DNA of 64,000 nt. Origin: Kiritimatiellaeota bacterium B1221. Lineage in GTDB: Bacteria > Verrucomicrobiota > Kiritimatiellia > SS1-B-03-39 > UBA6053. A model generated the notes under the pieces. The model was given only the letters and a program-made list of their open reading frames with translations, was not told where the DNA came from and ran no database searches. Shown here piece by piece: positions 19,866 through 28,630 of the stretch (position 1 is the first letter of the stretch; each line of letters starts with the position of its first letter). Position numbers and translations under genes: made by a program. The stretch is taken from NCBI GenBank assembly GCA_029269125.1, contig JARHXX010000011.1, positions 1-64,000 of the forward strand, written 5' to 3'.

Positions 19866-21848
19866 ATGGAAGGAATTATTTATGTCATTTTTATAGCCGT
19901 CGTCGCGATCGGCGCTGGCGTACTGTTCATGTTCGCCACCTGTTACAAGAAAGTGGAACAGGGAACCGCCATCATCCGTAACGGCATGGGCGGCACCAAA
20001 GTGAGTTTTGTCGGCATGCTGGTCTTCCCCATTTTCCATCGGCGCGAACTGATGGACATCTCGGTGAAACGGGTGGAAATCGACCGGACCGGTACGGTGG
20101 GCGAAGGCCTGATCTGTAGGGACAATCTCCGGGCGGATGTAAAAGTCGCTTTCTTCGTGCGGGTAAACAAAACCCCGCAGGATGTTTTGAAAGTTGCCCA
20201 GTCTCTGGGTTGTAAACGCGGCTCCGATCCGCAGGGCCTCATCGAATTCTTCGACGCCAAATTTTCCGAAGGCTTAAAAACCGTGGGCAAACAGTTCGAC
20301 TTTGTCGACCTCTACACCAACCGGGAATTGTTCAAAGAAGAAATTCTGAAAGTCATCGGCACCGACCTGAACGGTTACATCCTCGACGATGCCGCCATCG
20401 ACTATTTGGAACAGACTTCTTTATCTGCCCTGGATCCGAAAAACATTTTGGATGCCGAAGGTATCAAAAAGATAACCGAACTGACCGCGGCCCAAAATAT
20501 TCTCTCCAACGACATCAGCCGTAACGAAGAGAAGACCATCAAGAAACAGGACGTGGAAGCCCGGGAAGCCATTCTGGAACTGGAACGTCAACAGGCTGAC
20601 GCGGAACAAAAACAACTCCGCGAAATAGCTGAAATCACCGCCCGTGAAGAGGCCCAGTCCAAAGTGGTGCAGGAAGAAGAGCGCCTGCGCTCGGAAAAAG
20701 TCCGGATCAAAACCGCAGAAGAAGTCGCGGTGGCCGAAGAAAATCGTGAGCGCCAAATCATCGTCGCCCTGAAAAACAAAGAACGGACCGAAGCGGTGGA
20801 AGTGGAACGGGTGGAACGGGACCGCGGACTGGAACGGGTCGAACGCGAACGCCTGGTGACCCTGAAAGACATCGACAAAGAAAAAGCGGTCGAAGTCGAA
20901 AAGAAAAATATTCAGGAAGTCATCCGCGAACGGGTTTCCGTGGAACGCACCGTGGTGGAAGAAGAAGAAAAAATCAAAGACACCAAAGAATTTGCCACTG
21001 CAGAACGTGCACGTCAGGTGGCCGAAACCCATGCAGAGGAAGAAGGCCGCGCCCTGAAAATCAAAGCGGTGCTGGATGCCGAAGCGCAACGCGACTCCGC
21101 CAAGCACATTGCCGAAGAACGGGTCATCAACGCCCAGGCCGAACGGGACGCCAGCGAACGCGAAGCCGACGCCCGCAAAATCCTCGCCGACGCCAAAGCG
21201 CAGGAAGAGGCGGTCATCGGTATGGGGGAAGCCCGCGTGCTCGAAGCCAAAGCCGAAGCCACCGAGAAATTCGGCCGGGCCGAAGCCACCGTCATCGGCG
21301 AAAAGGCCTTTGCAGAAGCGGACGGTATCGAGAAGAAAGCCGAAGCCATGAAACTGTTCGACGGCGTGGGCCGCGAACACGAAGAATTCAAACTCCAGCT
21401 CAACAAAGATCTGGAACTGCAATTGGCCTCCGTCAACGTGCAGCGTGACATCGCCAAAGAACAGGCATCCCTCATCGGGGAAGCCCTCAAGTCCGCCAAC
21501 ATCGATATCGTCGGTGGCGACAGCGACTTCTTCGACAAGATCGTGAACTCGGTCAGTAAAGGCAAAGCCCTGGACAGCTTCATGAACAACAGTGCACTGG
21601 CCACCGACGTCGCCAACACCCTGTTCTCCGGAGACCCCGAAGCTTTCACCAATCAGCTGCGCACCTTTGCCGGACGCTTCGGTATGAGCAGTGAGGATCT
21701 GAAGAATATCACCGTCTCCGCACTGCTCACCAAGATGACGGCCCAGGCGGACGACAACGATACTCTCGAAACCCTCGGCCGCCTGAGCGAAGTTTCCAAA
21801 CAGTTGGGAATCGGTGCCAAGCAGGTCACGGACTTGATGCAGAAGTAA
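19866..21848 (+). CDS. Flotillin family protein (SPFH/band-7 domain with a long E/A/R-rich coiled-coil; YqiK/FloT-like)
   Basis: 660 aa. N-terminal TM segment, SPFH core, and a long EA-rich flotillin repeat region. Confidence 0.9.
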   Translation: MEGIIYVIFIAVVAIGAGVLFMFATCYKKVEQGTAIIRNGMGGTKVSFVGMLVFPIFHRRELMDISVKRVEIDRTGTVGEGLICRDNLRADVKVAFFVRVNKTPQDVLKVAQSLGCKRGSDPQGLIEFFDAKFSEGLKTVGKQFDFVDLYTNRELFKEEILKVIGTDLNGYILDDAAIDYLEQTSLSALDPKNILDAEGIKKITELTAAQNILSNDISRNEEKTIKKQDVEAREAILELERQQADAEQKQLREIAEITAREEAQSKVVQEEERLRSEKVRIKTAEEVAVAEENRERQIIVALKNKERTEAVEVERVERDRGLERVERERLVTLKDIDKEKAVEVEKKNIQEVIRERVSVERTVVEEEEKIKDTKEFATAERARQVAETHAEEEGRALKIKAVLDAEAQRDSAKHIAEERVINAQAERDASEREADARKILADAKAQEEAVIGMGEARVLEAKAEATEKFGRAEATVIGEKAFAEADGIEKKAEAMKLFDGVGREHEEFKLQLNKDLELQLASVNVQRDIAKEQASLIGEALKSANIDIVGGDSDFFDKIVNSVSKGKALDSFMNNSALATDVANTLFSGDPEAFTNQLRTFAGRFGMSSEDLKNITVSALLTKMTAQADDNDTLETLGRLSEVSKQLGIGAKQVTDLMQK

Positions 21849-21924
21849 GAAGTCAGAAAACATTGGTCACGATTGGACGGATCAGTCTGATCTGTCCGAT
21901 CCGACCGATCAACTTATTGAAACT

Positions 21925-24900
21925 ATGAAATCTGACTCAGAAAAACCTGAAGCCCCTGCGAAATTATCCGGCGGCGCCTACGAAATTATCCGCCGCCGTC
22001 TCCACGAACACGGTGACGGGTTGCGTGAGCGCATCCATCAACTCAACGCGGAACGACAAAAAGTCTTCGGGGGCGTCGAGCCAAAGCTGGTCGGCACCGA
22101 GCGGGTTCTCACCGCCAACAACTGTGTCCCCCGGGACATGGTGGCCCTGGGGGATCGTTTTCTGTTTGGCTACAATGTGCAGCTGGGCCTCAAAACCGAA
22201 ATGGATCCCAAGGATGTGTTTGCGGTGTTCACTCTGGATGATCACGGGCTGACGGAAATCCCCCTTCCGTCGGTTTTAGATGAGCGCTTTCTGAGAGACT
22301 TCAAAGAACTGTACACCTTCTACCGCGATACCCGATTTGCCAAATTTGCCCAGATCGGTCCGCATTTGTACATGGTCTTCCGGGTCGGCAAAGAAATCGA
22401 AAATATCAAAACCTTTAAGTGGCTCCTGAATGACGACGGTTCGATGACCTATATCGACAACCGCAGTGACCACGAATATAAATATCCGCCCCAACACGAA
22501 TTCGAATGGGTCAACGCCACCCGGGATATGCACCGCAACGGCGCTTTCCCGCACATCTCTTTTGAAGACCGCATTTTTGTGGAAACCACCGGGGGAGACC
22601 TCACCATCAAGATCGACGACAACACGGAAACCGGAGAAGGCATTTACGCGGAACCGGTCGACGATCCTGATCAGACGCTCGATGATGCTGCCTTTGCGTT
22701 TGCCTCGGTCGGCAATCTCATTTTGATGCGCATTCTCCCCTATCGGGAAGAGACGCCCCGCTATCTGGTTTACAGCGAAAAAGTCCGGCAGGCCCGGCGC
22801 ATGGATGCCATTGCCGGTGCCTGCGTGCTGTTGCCCGAAGACCACGGCATCATTTTCTCCAACGGATATTATTTGCAGACCGGCGAATTCAAGGAATTCG
22901 ATTCCGGTCTGAAAAACATGATGTTTGAACGGCGGATCTCCTCTCCTAACGGCGAAGATTCGATGTACGTTTTTTACAAGCGTGACAGCGGGTCCTACGT
23001 ACTGCTTTCCTACAATATCATCACCCAAAAAGTGGAAACCCCGATTGAGTGCAGCGGATTTTGTTTATTCAGCAGCGGACGCCTGATGTACTTCAAGGCC
23101 CAGGAAGAACCCACCAAATCCCACATCGTGCAAATCTGGCAAACCCCTTATGCCGAAACCGTGGAAGGGGCAGGAGAAGCCGCGGACAGCATGTTGTTTA
23201 AAATCGGCAACCGCGATGTGGTCCGCTGCATGGCCGGATGCGGTACCCTCATGGGCTTGTTGAACCGTGAAGATTCCTACGCCAATTTGTATGTGGACAT
23301 CGTCCGCCAATCCACCGATTTGCTGGACAGCTATTTTTGGATCCGCGAGGAGGAGGCCTTTAACCTCGGCAAACCCTTGGAAGAAATCCGCAACGCCGCC
23401 TCTTCCGCCATTGCCGAATATGAAAAAGTGGTGCAGCTCCGGCATGCCGCCGAAGCCCAGCTGAAAGAAACCGACGCGGAAACCAAAGATCTTTTAAATC
23501 AGATCCGCCTGCAACGTCAGGATGAAATTCAGGGATACGTGCAAGCGCTCGGTTCCCTGCGTGCACTGCGCGGAAAAGTCATCACCCTGAAAGATGTCCG
23601 CTACATGGATCTCGAAGCCGTGGAGGGTTTGGAAGAAACCGTAAAAGAACAAACCGATCAGCAGGCCAGGCGCTGCGTCGATTTTTTACTCGGGGATAAA
23701 GCCCTCGCCCCCTACGAAAAACGCATCTCCAAACTGGAACCCCGCATTCCGGATCTCAAAACCGTGCGCGATGGTGAATCCATGCGCGAAGAGGTGGAAG
23801 GTATCTCCGGCGAACTGGAAATGCTGATTGAAATTGTCAGCAATCTCAGCATCGACGACGCCACCCACCGCACCCAGATCATCGACGGGATTTCAGCATT
23901 GTTCAGCACCCTCAATCAGGTGCGGGCCGCCCTGCAAAACCGCATTAAGAAAATGGCGGTTCAGGAAGGCGAAGCCGAATTCGCTTCGCAAATGAAATTG
24001 TTGAACCAGGCGGTCATCAATTATCTGGATGTCTGCGACAGCCCTGAAAAATGTGAGCAGTCTTTGGGCCGGGTGATGATTCAACTCGAGGAACTGGAAG
24101 GCAAGTTTGCGGATTATGACGAGTACGTGCTGAAGCTCGGAGAAAAGCGCGAAGAGGTTTATAACGCTTTTGAGACCCGCCGCCTCTCTCTGGTGGAAGC
24201 GCGAAACAAACGGGCCGACACCCTGCTGCGCTCCGCGGAACGAATCTTAGGGTCGGTTAAAAACCGGGTCGGCACTTTAAAATCCGTGGAGGACATCAAC
24301 GGATATTTTGCCTCCGATATGATGATTGAAAAACTGCGCGGTATCATTGATCAGTTGACCGAAATGGATGATCCGGTGAAGGCCGGAGATATTGAAACCC
24401 AACTGAAGAGTGCACGCGAAGATGCAGTGCGGCAATTACATGACCGCTCGGAACTTTTTGTCGACGGTGAAAATGTCATTCAGTTTGGACGTCACAAGTT
24501 CTCGGTAAATACTCAGGAGCTGGATCTCACCATCGTACCCCGCGGCGACGACATGATGCTGCATCTCACCGGCACCGCCTTTTTCGAAACCATTAGTGAC
24601 CCGGCATTTTTGGCCACCCGTCCGGTGTGGAGTCAGGAACTGATTTCCGAAAACGATGAAGTCGCCCGTATCGAATATTTAGCTTACGGTTTCGTGCAAC
24701 AACTGGGAGACACTGAAATCCCTGAAGATCTCTCCACTGCCATGCGGGAATTCATGGCGCCACGGTATGCGGAAGGATACCAGAAAGGTGTTCACGATGA
24801 AGACGCGGTCAAAATCGTCCGCGCACTTTTGGAAATGCGGGACCAGTTGGGCACCCTGCGCACCCCCGCCTCGGTTCGGGCATTGGCGGTGGTGTTCTGG

Positions 24901-27168
24901 CAGGATTTCCGCAGACGCGCTGAAGCCGAAATTATGATCGCCCGCCTCAAAGGCGTGGGCGCGTCCAACCAGGTTTTCCGCCAGTCCCGTCGACAAGCGG
25001 ATGCGATTTCGGATATGGCAAAGGACTTAAAAAAATTTGCGGAACAGAGCGCGTCTTTTGATCCACGCGCCGCCGAAAGTGCCGCGACCTACCTCTTCGA
25101 TGTGGTCGCCAACGGCATTCAAGCACCTATCAGTGCCGAGGGCGGAAAACTGATCACCCGCTTTTTAGAACAACTACAAAAACTGGGGTCCAGGAAAAAT
25201 TTTGATGCCGCCTGTGAATCTTTACGTGAAAATGCGGAAGCTCGATTCGGCCTGGTTCGTGAATGGCTGCAAGGCTATCTGGAAAATACCAAATCTGAAA
25301 GTGCATCCACCGTGCTCGACGAAGCCGCGGCCTGGTTATCCTCCGGTCTTTTTGATGCAGGCAATGTCTCCGACTTGAGCGAATATGTACAGTTGGAAGG
25401 ACTGCGCTCCTCTCATGCCCGCATTGAAAACGGCGTCATGAATTTGCAGTACAGCGAATTCATGTGGCGTCTGGAACGATTTGCCACCGAAACCGTTCCC
25501 CGCTTTGAAGCCTTTGAGCGAATGAAAAAAGAATTCGTGGAACAAAGCCGCAAAGGCATGCGTCTTGACGAATTCAAACCGCGGGTGCTCACTTCCTTTG
25601 TGCGGAATAAATTGATCGACCGGGTGTACCTGCCCATCGTGGGTGACAACCTTGCCAAACAAATCGGAGTGGTGGGGAAAAATACCCGCACCGATCGCAG
25701 TGGCATGCTCATGCTGATCTCCCCTCCCGGTTACGGGAAGACCACATTAATGGAGTACATTGCCAACCGTCTCGGCGTGGTGTTTATGAAAATCAATGGT
25801 CCAGCCATCGGACATTTGGTTACCTCATTGGATCCGGAAGAAGCGCCCAATGCCGCGGCAAGGGAAGAACTGAACAAACTGGGCTTGGCGTTGGAGATGG
25901 GTGACAACGTGATGTTGTACTTGGATGATATCCAGCACTGTAATCCAGAGTTCCTGCAGAAATTTATTTCTTTGTGTGACGCCCAGCGGAAAATTGAAGG
26001 TGTCTACAAAGGTGTGAGTAAAACCTACGACCTTCGCGGGAAAAAAGTTTCGGTGGTGATGGCCGGAAATCCTTATACCGAAAGCGGCGAAAAATTCCGC
26101 ATTCCCGACATGCTTGCCAACCGGGCGGACACCTACAATCTTGGCGATATTCTGGGAGACAACGGCGCCGACTTCGAACTCAGTTTTCTTGAAAATGCGC
26201 TCACCTCCAATCCCTCTCTCAACCGCCTCGCTTCCGGGGTTCGGAAAGACGTGCACACGATCATCCGGGCTGCGGAAAACGGGCAGACCGAAGGGGTGGA
26301 ACTGGCCGGACGCTACACTGCCGAAGAAGTCACGGAAATGCTTTCAGTGATGCGCAAGATGATCACCGTCCGCGATGTGTTACTCAAAGTGAATGAAGAA
26401 TATATTCGCTCCGCCGGTCAGGCCGATGAATATCGTACGGAGCCCGCATTTAAACTTCAGGGTTCCTACCGGAACATGGCCCGTCTGTCCGAAAAAGTGG
26501 AAGCGGTGATGAATGATCGCGAGCTGCAGACTTTGATTGTTTCAGATTACGAAAACGAAGCGCAGACCCTCACTACCGGAGCGGAAGCCAACCTTTTAAA
26601 ATTTAAAGAACTCATCGGTATCCAAACGCAAACGGAAAAAGAACGCTGGGCAGAAATCAAAAAAGGGTTCTCACGCAATCAGGTAATGAAAGGCGTGGGC
26701 GGCGACGACCGGGTCGGTCAGGCCGTGGCTCAGCTTTCGGTGATGGGCGAAGGACTCAAAGATATTCGTCAGGTGCTCAAAGACGGGGTGGGATCCAAAT
26801 CCGCCGGCCCCGTGATGACCGGGTTCACTCCCGAGACTTTGGATCAGATCGGCAAGTGGATGGAAAAACCCAAGACGCGGAAAGGCCCTATCCAAGCCGG
26901 ACTGAGCAAAGAGACGCTGGATCAAATCGCGGAATTGATCGCCAAGATTCAACCCTCACAGGTGGTCGCCCCCTCCCCTGCGCCGGAACCAAACAGCGGA
27001 CTCACCCCTGCCCTGGCAAAAATGCTGGAACAACAATTTGAAAGATTGCAGGAGTGCATCCAAGGCGGACCCCATCAGCCCGAGAAAATTCTGGAAAGAC
27101 TCGAGAGGGCAAAAAGGGTTTACAGTGAACTCATGAATCAAGTCGGTTACGGAGGCGGGCATGAATAG
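21925..27168 (+). CDS. Giant 1747-aa protein with an N-terminal domain of unknown function, a central coiled-coil region of about 600 aa and a C-terminal AAA+ ATPase (Walker A LISPPGYGKTT around aa 1265, Walker B VMLYLDDIQH around aa 1330, sensor-1 VVMAGNPY)
   Basis: Motifs read directly at about 25717-25746 (P-loop) and 25915-25935 (Walker B, DD-type as in the AAA_5/MoxR/dynein-like clade). The ORF is uninterrupted and its start is 77 nt after the flotillin stop. Confidence 0.85.
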   Translation: MKSDSEKPEAPAKLSGGAYEIIRRRLHEHGDGLRERIHQLNAERQKVFGGVEPKLVGTERVLTANNCVPRDMVALGDRFLFGYNVQLGLKTEMDPKDVFAVFTLDDHGLTEIPLPSVLDERFLRDFKELYTFYRDTRFAKFAQIGPHLYMVFRVGKEIENIKTFKWLLNDDGSMTYIDNRSDHEYKYPPQHEFEWVNATRDMHRNGAFPHISFEDRIFVETTGGDLTIKIDDNTETGEGIYAEPVDDPDQTLDDAAFAFASVGNLILMRILPYREETPRYLVYSEKVRQARRMDAIAGACVLLPEDHGIIFSNGYYLQTGEFKEFDSGLKNMMFERRISSPNGEDSMYVFYKRDSGSYVLLSYNIITQKVETPIECSGFCLFSSGRLMYFKAQEEPTKSHIVQIWQTPYAETVEGAGEAADSMLFKIGNRDVVRCMAGCGTLMGLLNREDSYANLYVDIVRQSTDLLDSYFWIREEEAFNLGKPLEEIRNAASSAIAEYEKVVQLRHAAEAQLKETDAETKDLLNQIRLQRQDEIQGYVQALGSLRALRGKVITLKDVRYMDLEAVEGLEETVKEQTDQQARRCVDFLLGDKALAPYEKRISKLEPRIPDLKTVRDGESMREEVEGISGELEMLIEIVSNLSIDDATHRTQIIDGISALFSTLNQVRAALQNRIKKMAVQEGEAEFASQMKLLNQAVINYLDVCDSPEKCEQSLGRVMIQLEELEGKFADYDEYVLKLGEKREEVYNAFETRRLSLVEARNKRADTLLRSAERILGSVKNRVGTLKSVEDINGYFASDMMIEKLRGIIDQLTEMDDPVKAGDIETQLKSAREDAVRQLHDRSELFVDGENVIQFGRHKFSVNTQELDLTIVPRGDDMMLHLTGTAFFETISDPAFLATRPVWSQELISENDEVARIEYLAYGFVQQLGDTEIPEDLSTAMREFMAPRYAEGYQKGVHDEDAVKIVRALLEMRDQLGTLRTPASVRALAVVFWQDFRRRAEAEIMIARLKGVGASNQVFRQSRRQADAISDMAKDLKKFAEQSASFDPRAAESAATYLFDVVANGIQAPISAEGGKLITRFLEQLQKLGSRKNFDAACESLRENAEARFGLVREWLQGYLENTKSESASTVLDEAAAWLSSGLFDAGNVSDLSEYVQLEGLRSSHARIENGVMNLQYSEFMWRLERFATETVPRFEAFERMKKEFVEQSRKGMRLDEFKPRVLTSFVRNKLIDRVYLPIVGDNLAKQIGVVGKNTRTDRSGMLMLISPPGYGKTTLMEYIANRLGVVFMKINGPAIGHLVTSLDPEEAPNAAAREELNKLGLALEMGDNVMLYLDDIQHCNPEFLQKFISLCDAQRKIEGVYKGVSKTYDLRGKKVSVVMAGNPYTESGEKFRIPDMLANRADTYNLGDILGDNGADFELSFLENALTSNPSLNRLASGVRKDVHTIIRAAENGQTEGVELAGRYTAEEVTEMLSVMRKMITVRDVLLKVNEEYIRSAGQADEYRTEPAFKLQGSYRNMARLSEKVEAVMNDRELQTLIVSDYENEAQTLTTGAEANLLKFKELIGIQTQTEKERWAEIKKGFSRNQVMKGVGGDDRVGQAVAQLSVMGEGLKDIRQVLKDGVGSKSAGPVMTGFTPETLDQIGKWMEKPKTRKGPIQAGLSKETLDQIAELIAKIQPSQVVAPSPAPEPNSGLTPALAKMLEQQFERLQECIQGGPHQPEKILERLERAKRVYSELMNQVGYGGGHE

Positions 27169-27169
27169 C

Positions 27170-27335
27170 GCGACGCCCGAGTCCCGCATTTATGCGGAAG
27201 TTTTCCGACCCCGTTTACGGGGAAGTCTCGAAAAGAGCAAGGCCTCAACTTCACACGATACCGGAAGTATCTGCGTGAGCAACATCGTAAACGATGTCGC
27301 AGACTTCCGCATAAATGCGGGACTCGGGCGCAGAG
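27170..27335. promoter_or_regulatory. Array of four related 14-bp palindromes (CCGCAT-TT-ATGCGG, CCCCGT-TT-ACGGGG, CATCGT-AA-ACGATG, CCGCAT-AA-ATGCGG). The outer two are embedded in a perfect 28-bp long-range inverted repeat (27172-27201 vs 27303-27331).
   Basis: Read directly between the AAA-gene stop (27168) and the MKPKK start (27345). The half-site consensus is C-N-N-C-R-T. Confidence 0.7.
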
Positions 27336-27344
27336 GGAACTCAA

Positions 27345-27710
27345 ATGAAACCTAAGAAAACAGAATCCTCCGACCTCCTGACCCTCAGCAATCAACTGTT
27401 GGCGGAAGTGAACCGTGAACTGGATGCCCGCTTTATGGATTTACCTGAAGACGTCCGCGCGTTGCTGGTACAAAAAGGCGCGCTCACCCAAACCGTGATT
27501 CGCGAACTCACCCGCCTCATCGAACTGGCCGCCGACAAAGCCAAAAAGCACGAAGACCTGCTCGATCACTGCGCCGAATGGCAACGCGAATTTTTCATTC
27601 CGCTCAAAGCCCAGAGCGACGGAGAAAAACTCGACCAGGAAATATACCTCAAGGATCTCGAACAGATGATCGAAGAGGTGGGACGGGTTTTGGCAGAGCG
27701 GGATGCTTGA
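27345..27710 (+). CDS. Small helical protein (about 121 aa), probable last gene of the PspA-flotillin-AAA module
   Basis: The ORF at 27315..27710 starts inside the IR element. The internal Met at MKPKK (27345) is preceded by an agaggg SD-like sequence. Confidence 0.55.
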   Translation: MKPKKTESSDLLTLSNQLLAEVNRELDARFMDLPEDVRALLVQKGALTQTVIRELTRLIELAADKAKKHEDLLDHCAEWQREFFIPLKAQSDGEKLDQEIYLKDLEQMIEEVGRVLAERDA

Positions 27711-27833
27711 GCCATATTTCTTATTCAATTTTTTCGGGCAACCTGAAATATAACGGCAAGACAATGGCTCTGAAACAGGGCAAGATGATTTTCGGCAAGA
27801 TGATTTCTCTGAAAAATTTTTCTTTGACTCGCC

Positions 27834-27975
27834 TCCCAAAATTATCCTGCCCTAAATTATCCTGCCCTAAATTATCCTGCCCTAAATTATCCTGCCCTAA
27901 ATTATCCTGCCCTAAATCATCCTGCCCAAAATTATCCTGCCCTAAACCATCCTGCCCAAATTATCCTGCCCAAAA
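27834..27975. repeat. 15-bp tandem repeat (attatcctgccctaa), about 9.5 near-perfect copies. In one frame it would encode (KLSCP)n.
   Basis: Read directly. It is preceded by a duplicated ggcaagatgattt motif. It lies between convergent genes and overlaps the 3' end of the minus-strand zinc-ribbon gene by a few nt. Confidence 0.9.
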
Positions 27976-27976
27976 A

Positions 27977-28510
27977 TTATTCTGTTAAAAAAGCCAACAA
28001 CTGATCTTTCTGCGGATGTTCGTTTATCCACTCGCGGATGTCTTTGATTTTCGAATAGCTTTCTTCACCGAATCGTTTTTTAAATACGGATTCCATGGTT
28101 TGTGCCAGATTCTCTTCACGAATTTGTTTTTGCCAAGCGGTGGAAAAAATACGATGGAGTTCATCGTGAAGATTTTGAGCTTCCAGTGCCTGCCATTCAT
28201 TTTTATCCAGCCAGATGCCCCCACAGGCGGAACAGTAATCTACAAAGAAATTGAGTCCGTGACCCACTTTGTATTTCAATAAAATTTTACCACAATCAGG
28301 ACAGAGCCTCGCGCCGGTTTGATCCTCCACTTCGAATTGGACTTCGGTGAAAGGTTTCTCCGCTTGAATTTCTGTCAGTGATTTTTGCCAGGCTTCGTAA
28401 TTTTTGTGGGGGATCCATTGGCCATCACAGTTTTCACATTTCTGGGCAGTCAGGCCATCGGTTAAAGAAACAGAAGCGGTACGTTTAGAGGAACAGGTGG
28501 GACATTTCAT
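27977..28510 (-). CDS. Zinc-ribbon (TFIIB-type) domain protein with two CxxC..CxxC ribbons
   Basis: MKCPTCSS..CENCDG and CPDCGK..CSACGG motifs. 177 aa. Confidence 0.6.
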   Translation of the reverse strand: MKCPTCSSKRTASVSLTDGLTAQKCENCDGQWIPHKNYEAWQKSLTEIQAEKPFTEVQFEVEDQTGARLCPDCGKILLKYKVGHGLNFFVDYCSACGGIWLDKNEWQALEAQNLHDELHRIFSTAWQKQIREENLAQTMESVFKKRFGEESYSKIKDIREWINEHPQKDQLLAFLTE

Positions 28511-28630
28511 GAAATGTGATTATACGGAAAACAGTCATTGGACTCTATTATAATTTCAGCCAAACAGTCTAATCGAGTCCATGGATCCGCTGGGAAATCA
28601 GTGTCACTGCTCCGGGGGTTGCCCCCAAAA

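Noticed and set aside
20421-21863. 480-aa ORF antisense to the flotillin gene
   Set aside because: Its F/G/H-rich low-complexity translation is the mirror image of the GAA/GCC-rich flotillin coiled-coil codons. It is fully contained in a confidently called gene.
22276-23028. 250-aa ORF antisense inside the giant AAA gene, plus other antisense ORFs of 60-240 aa inside pyc, uvrA, GH and urease genes
   Set aside because: They are entirely embedded in strong sense-strand genes, have no motifs and are typical of GC-rich shadow ORFs.
21925-27168. Considered whether the giant protein is a dynamin-like GTPase, as often found with membrane-repair systems
   Set aside because: The P-loop is GYGKTT followed by a hhhhDD Walker B and an Asn sensor, which is an AAA+ layout. 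There are no dynamin G2-G4 motifs.
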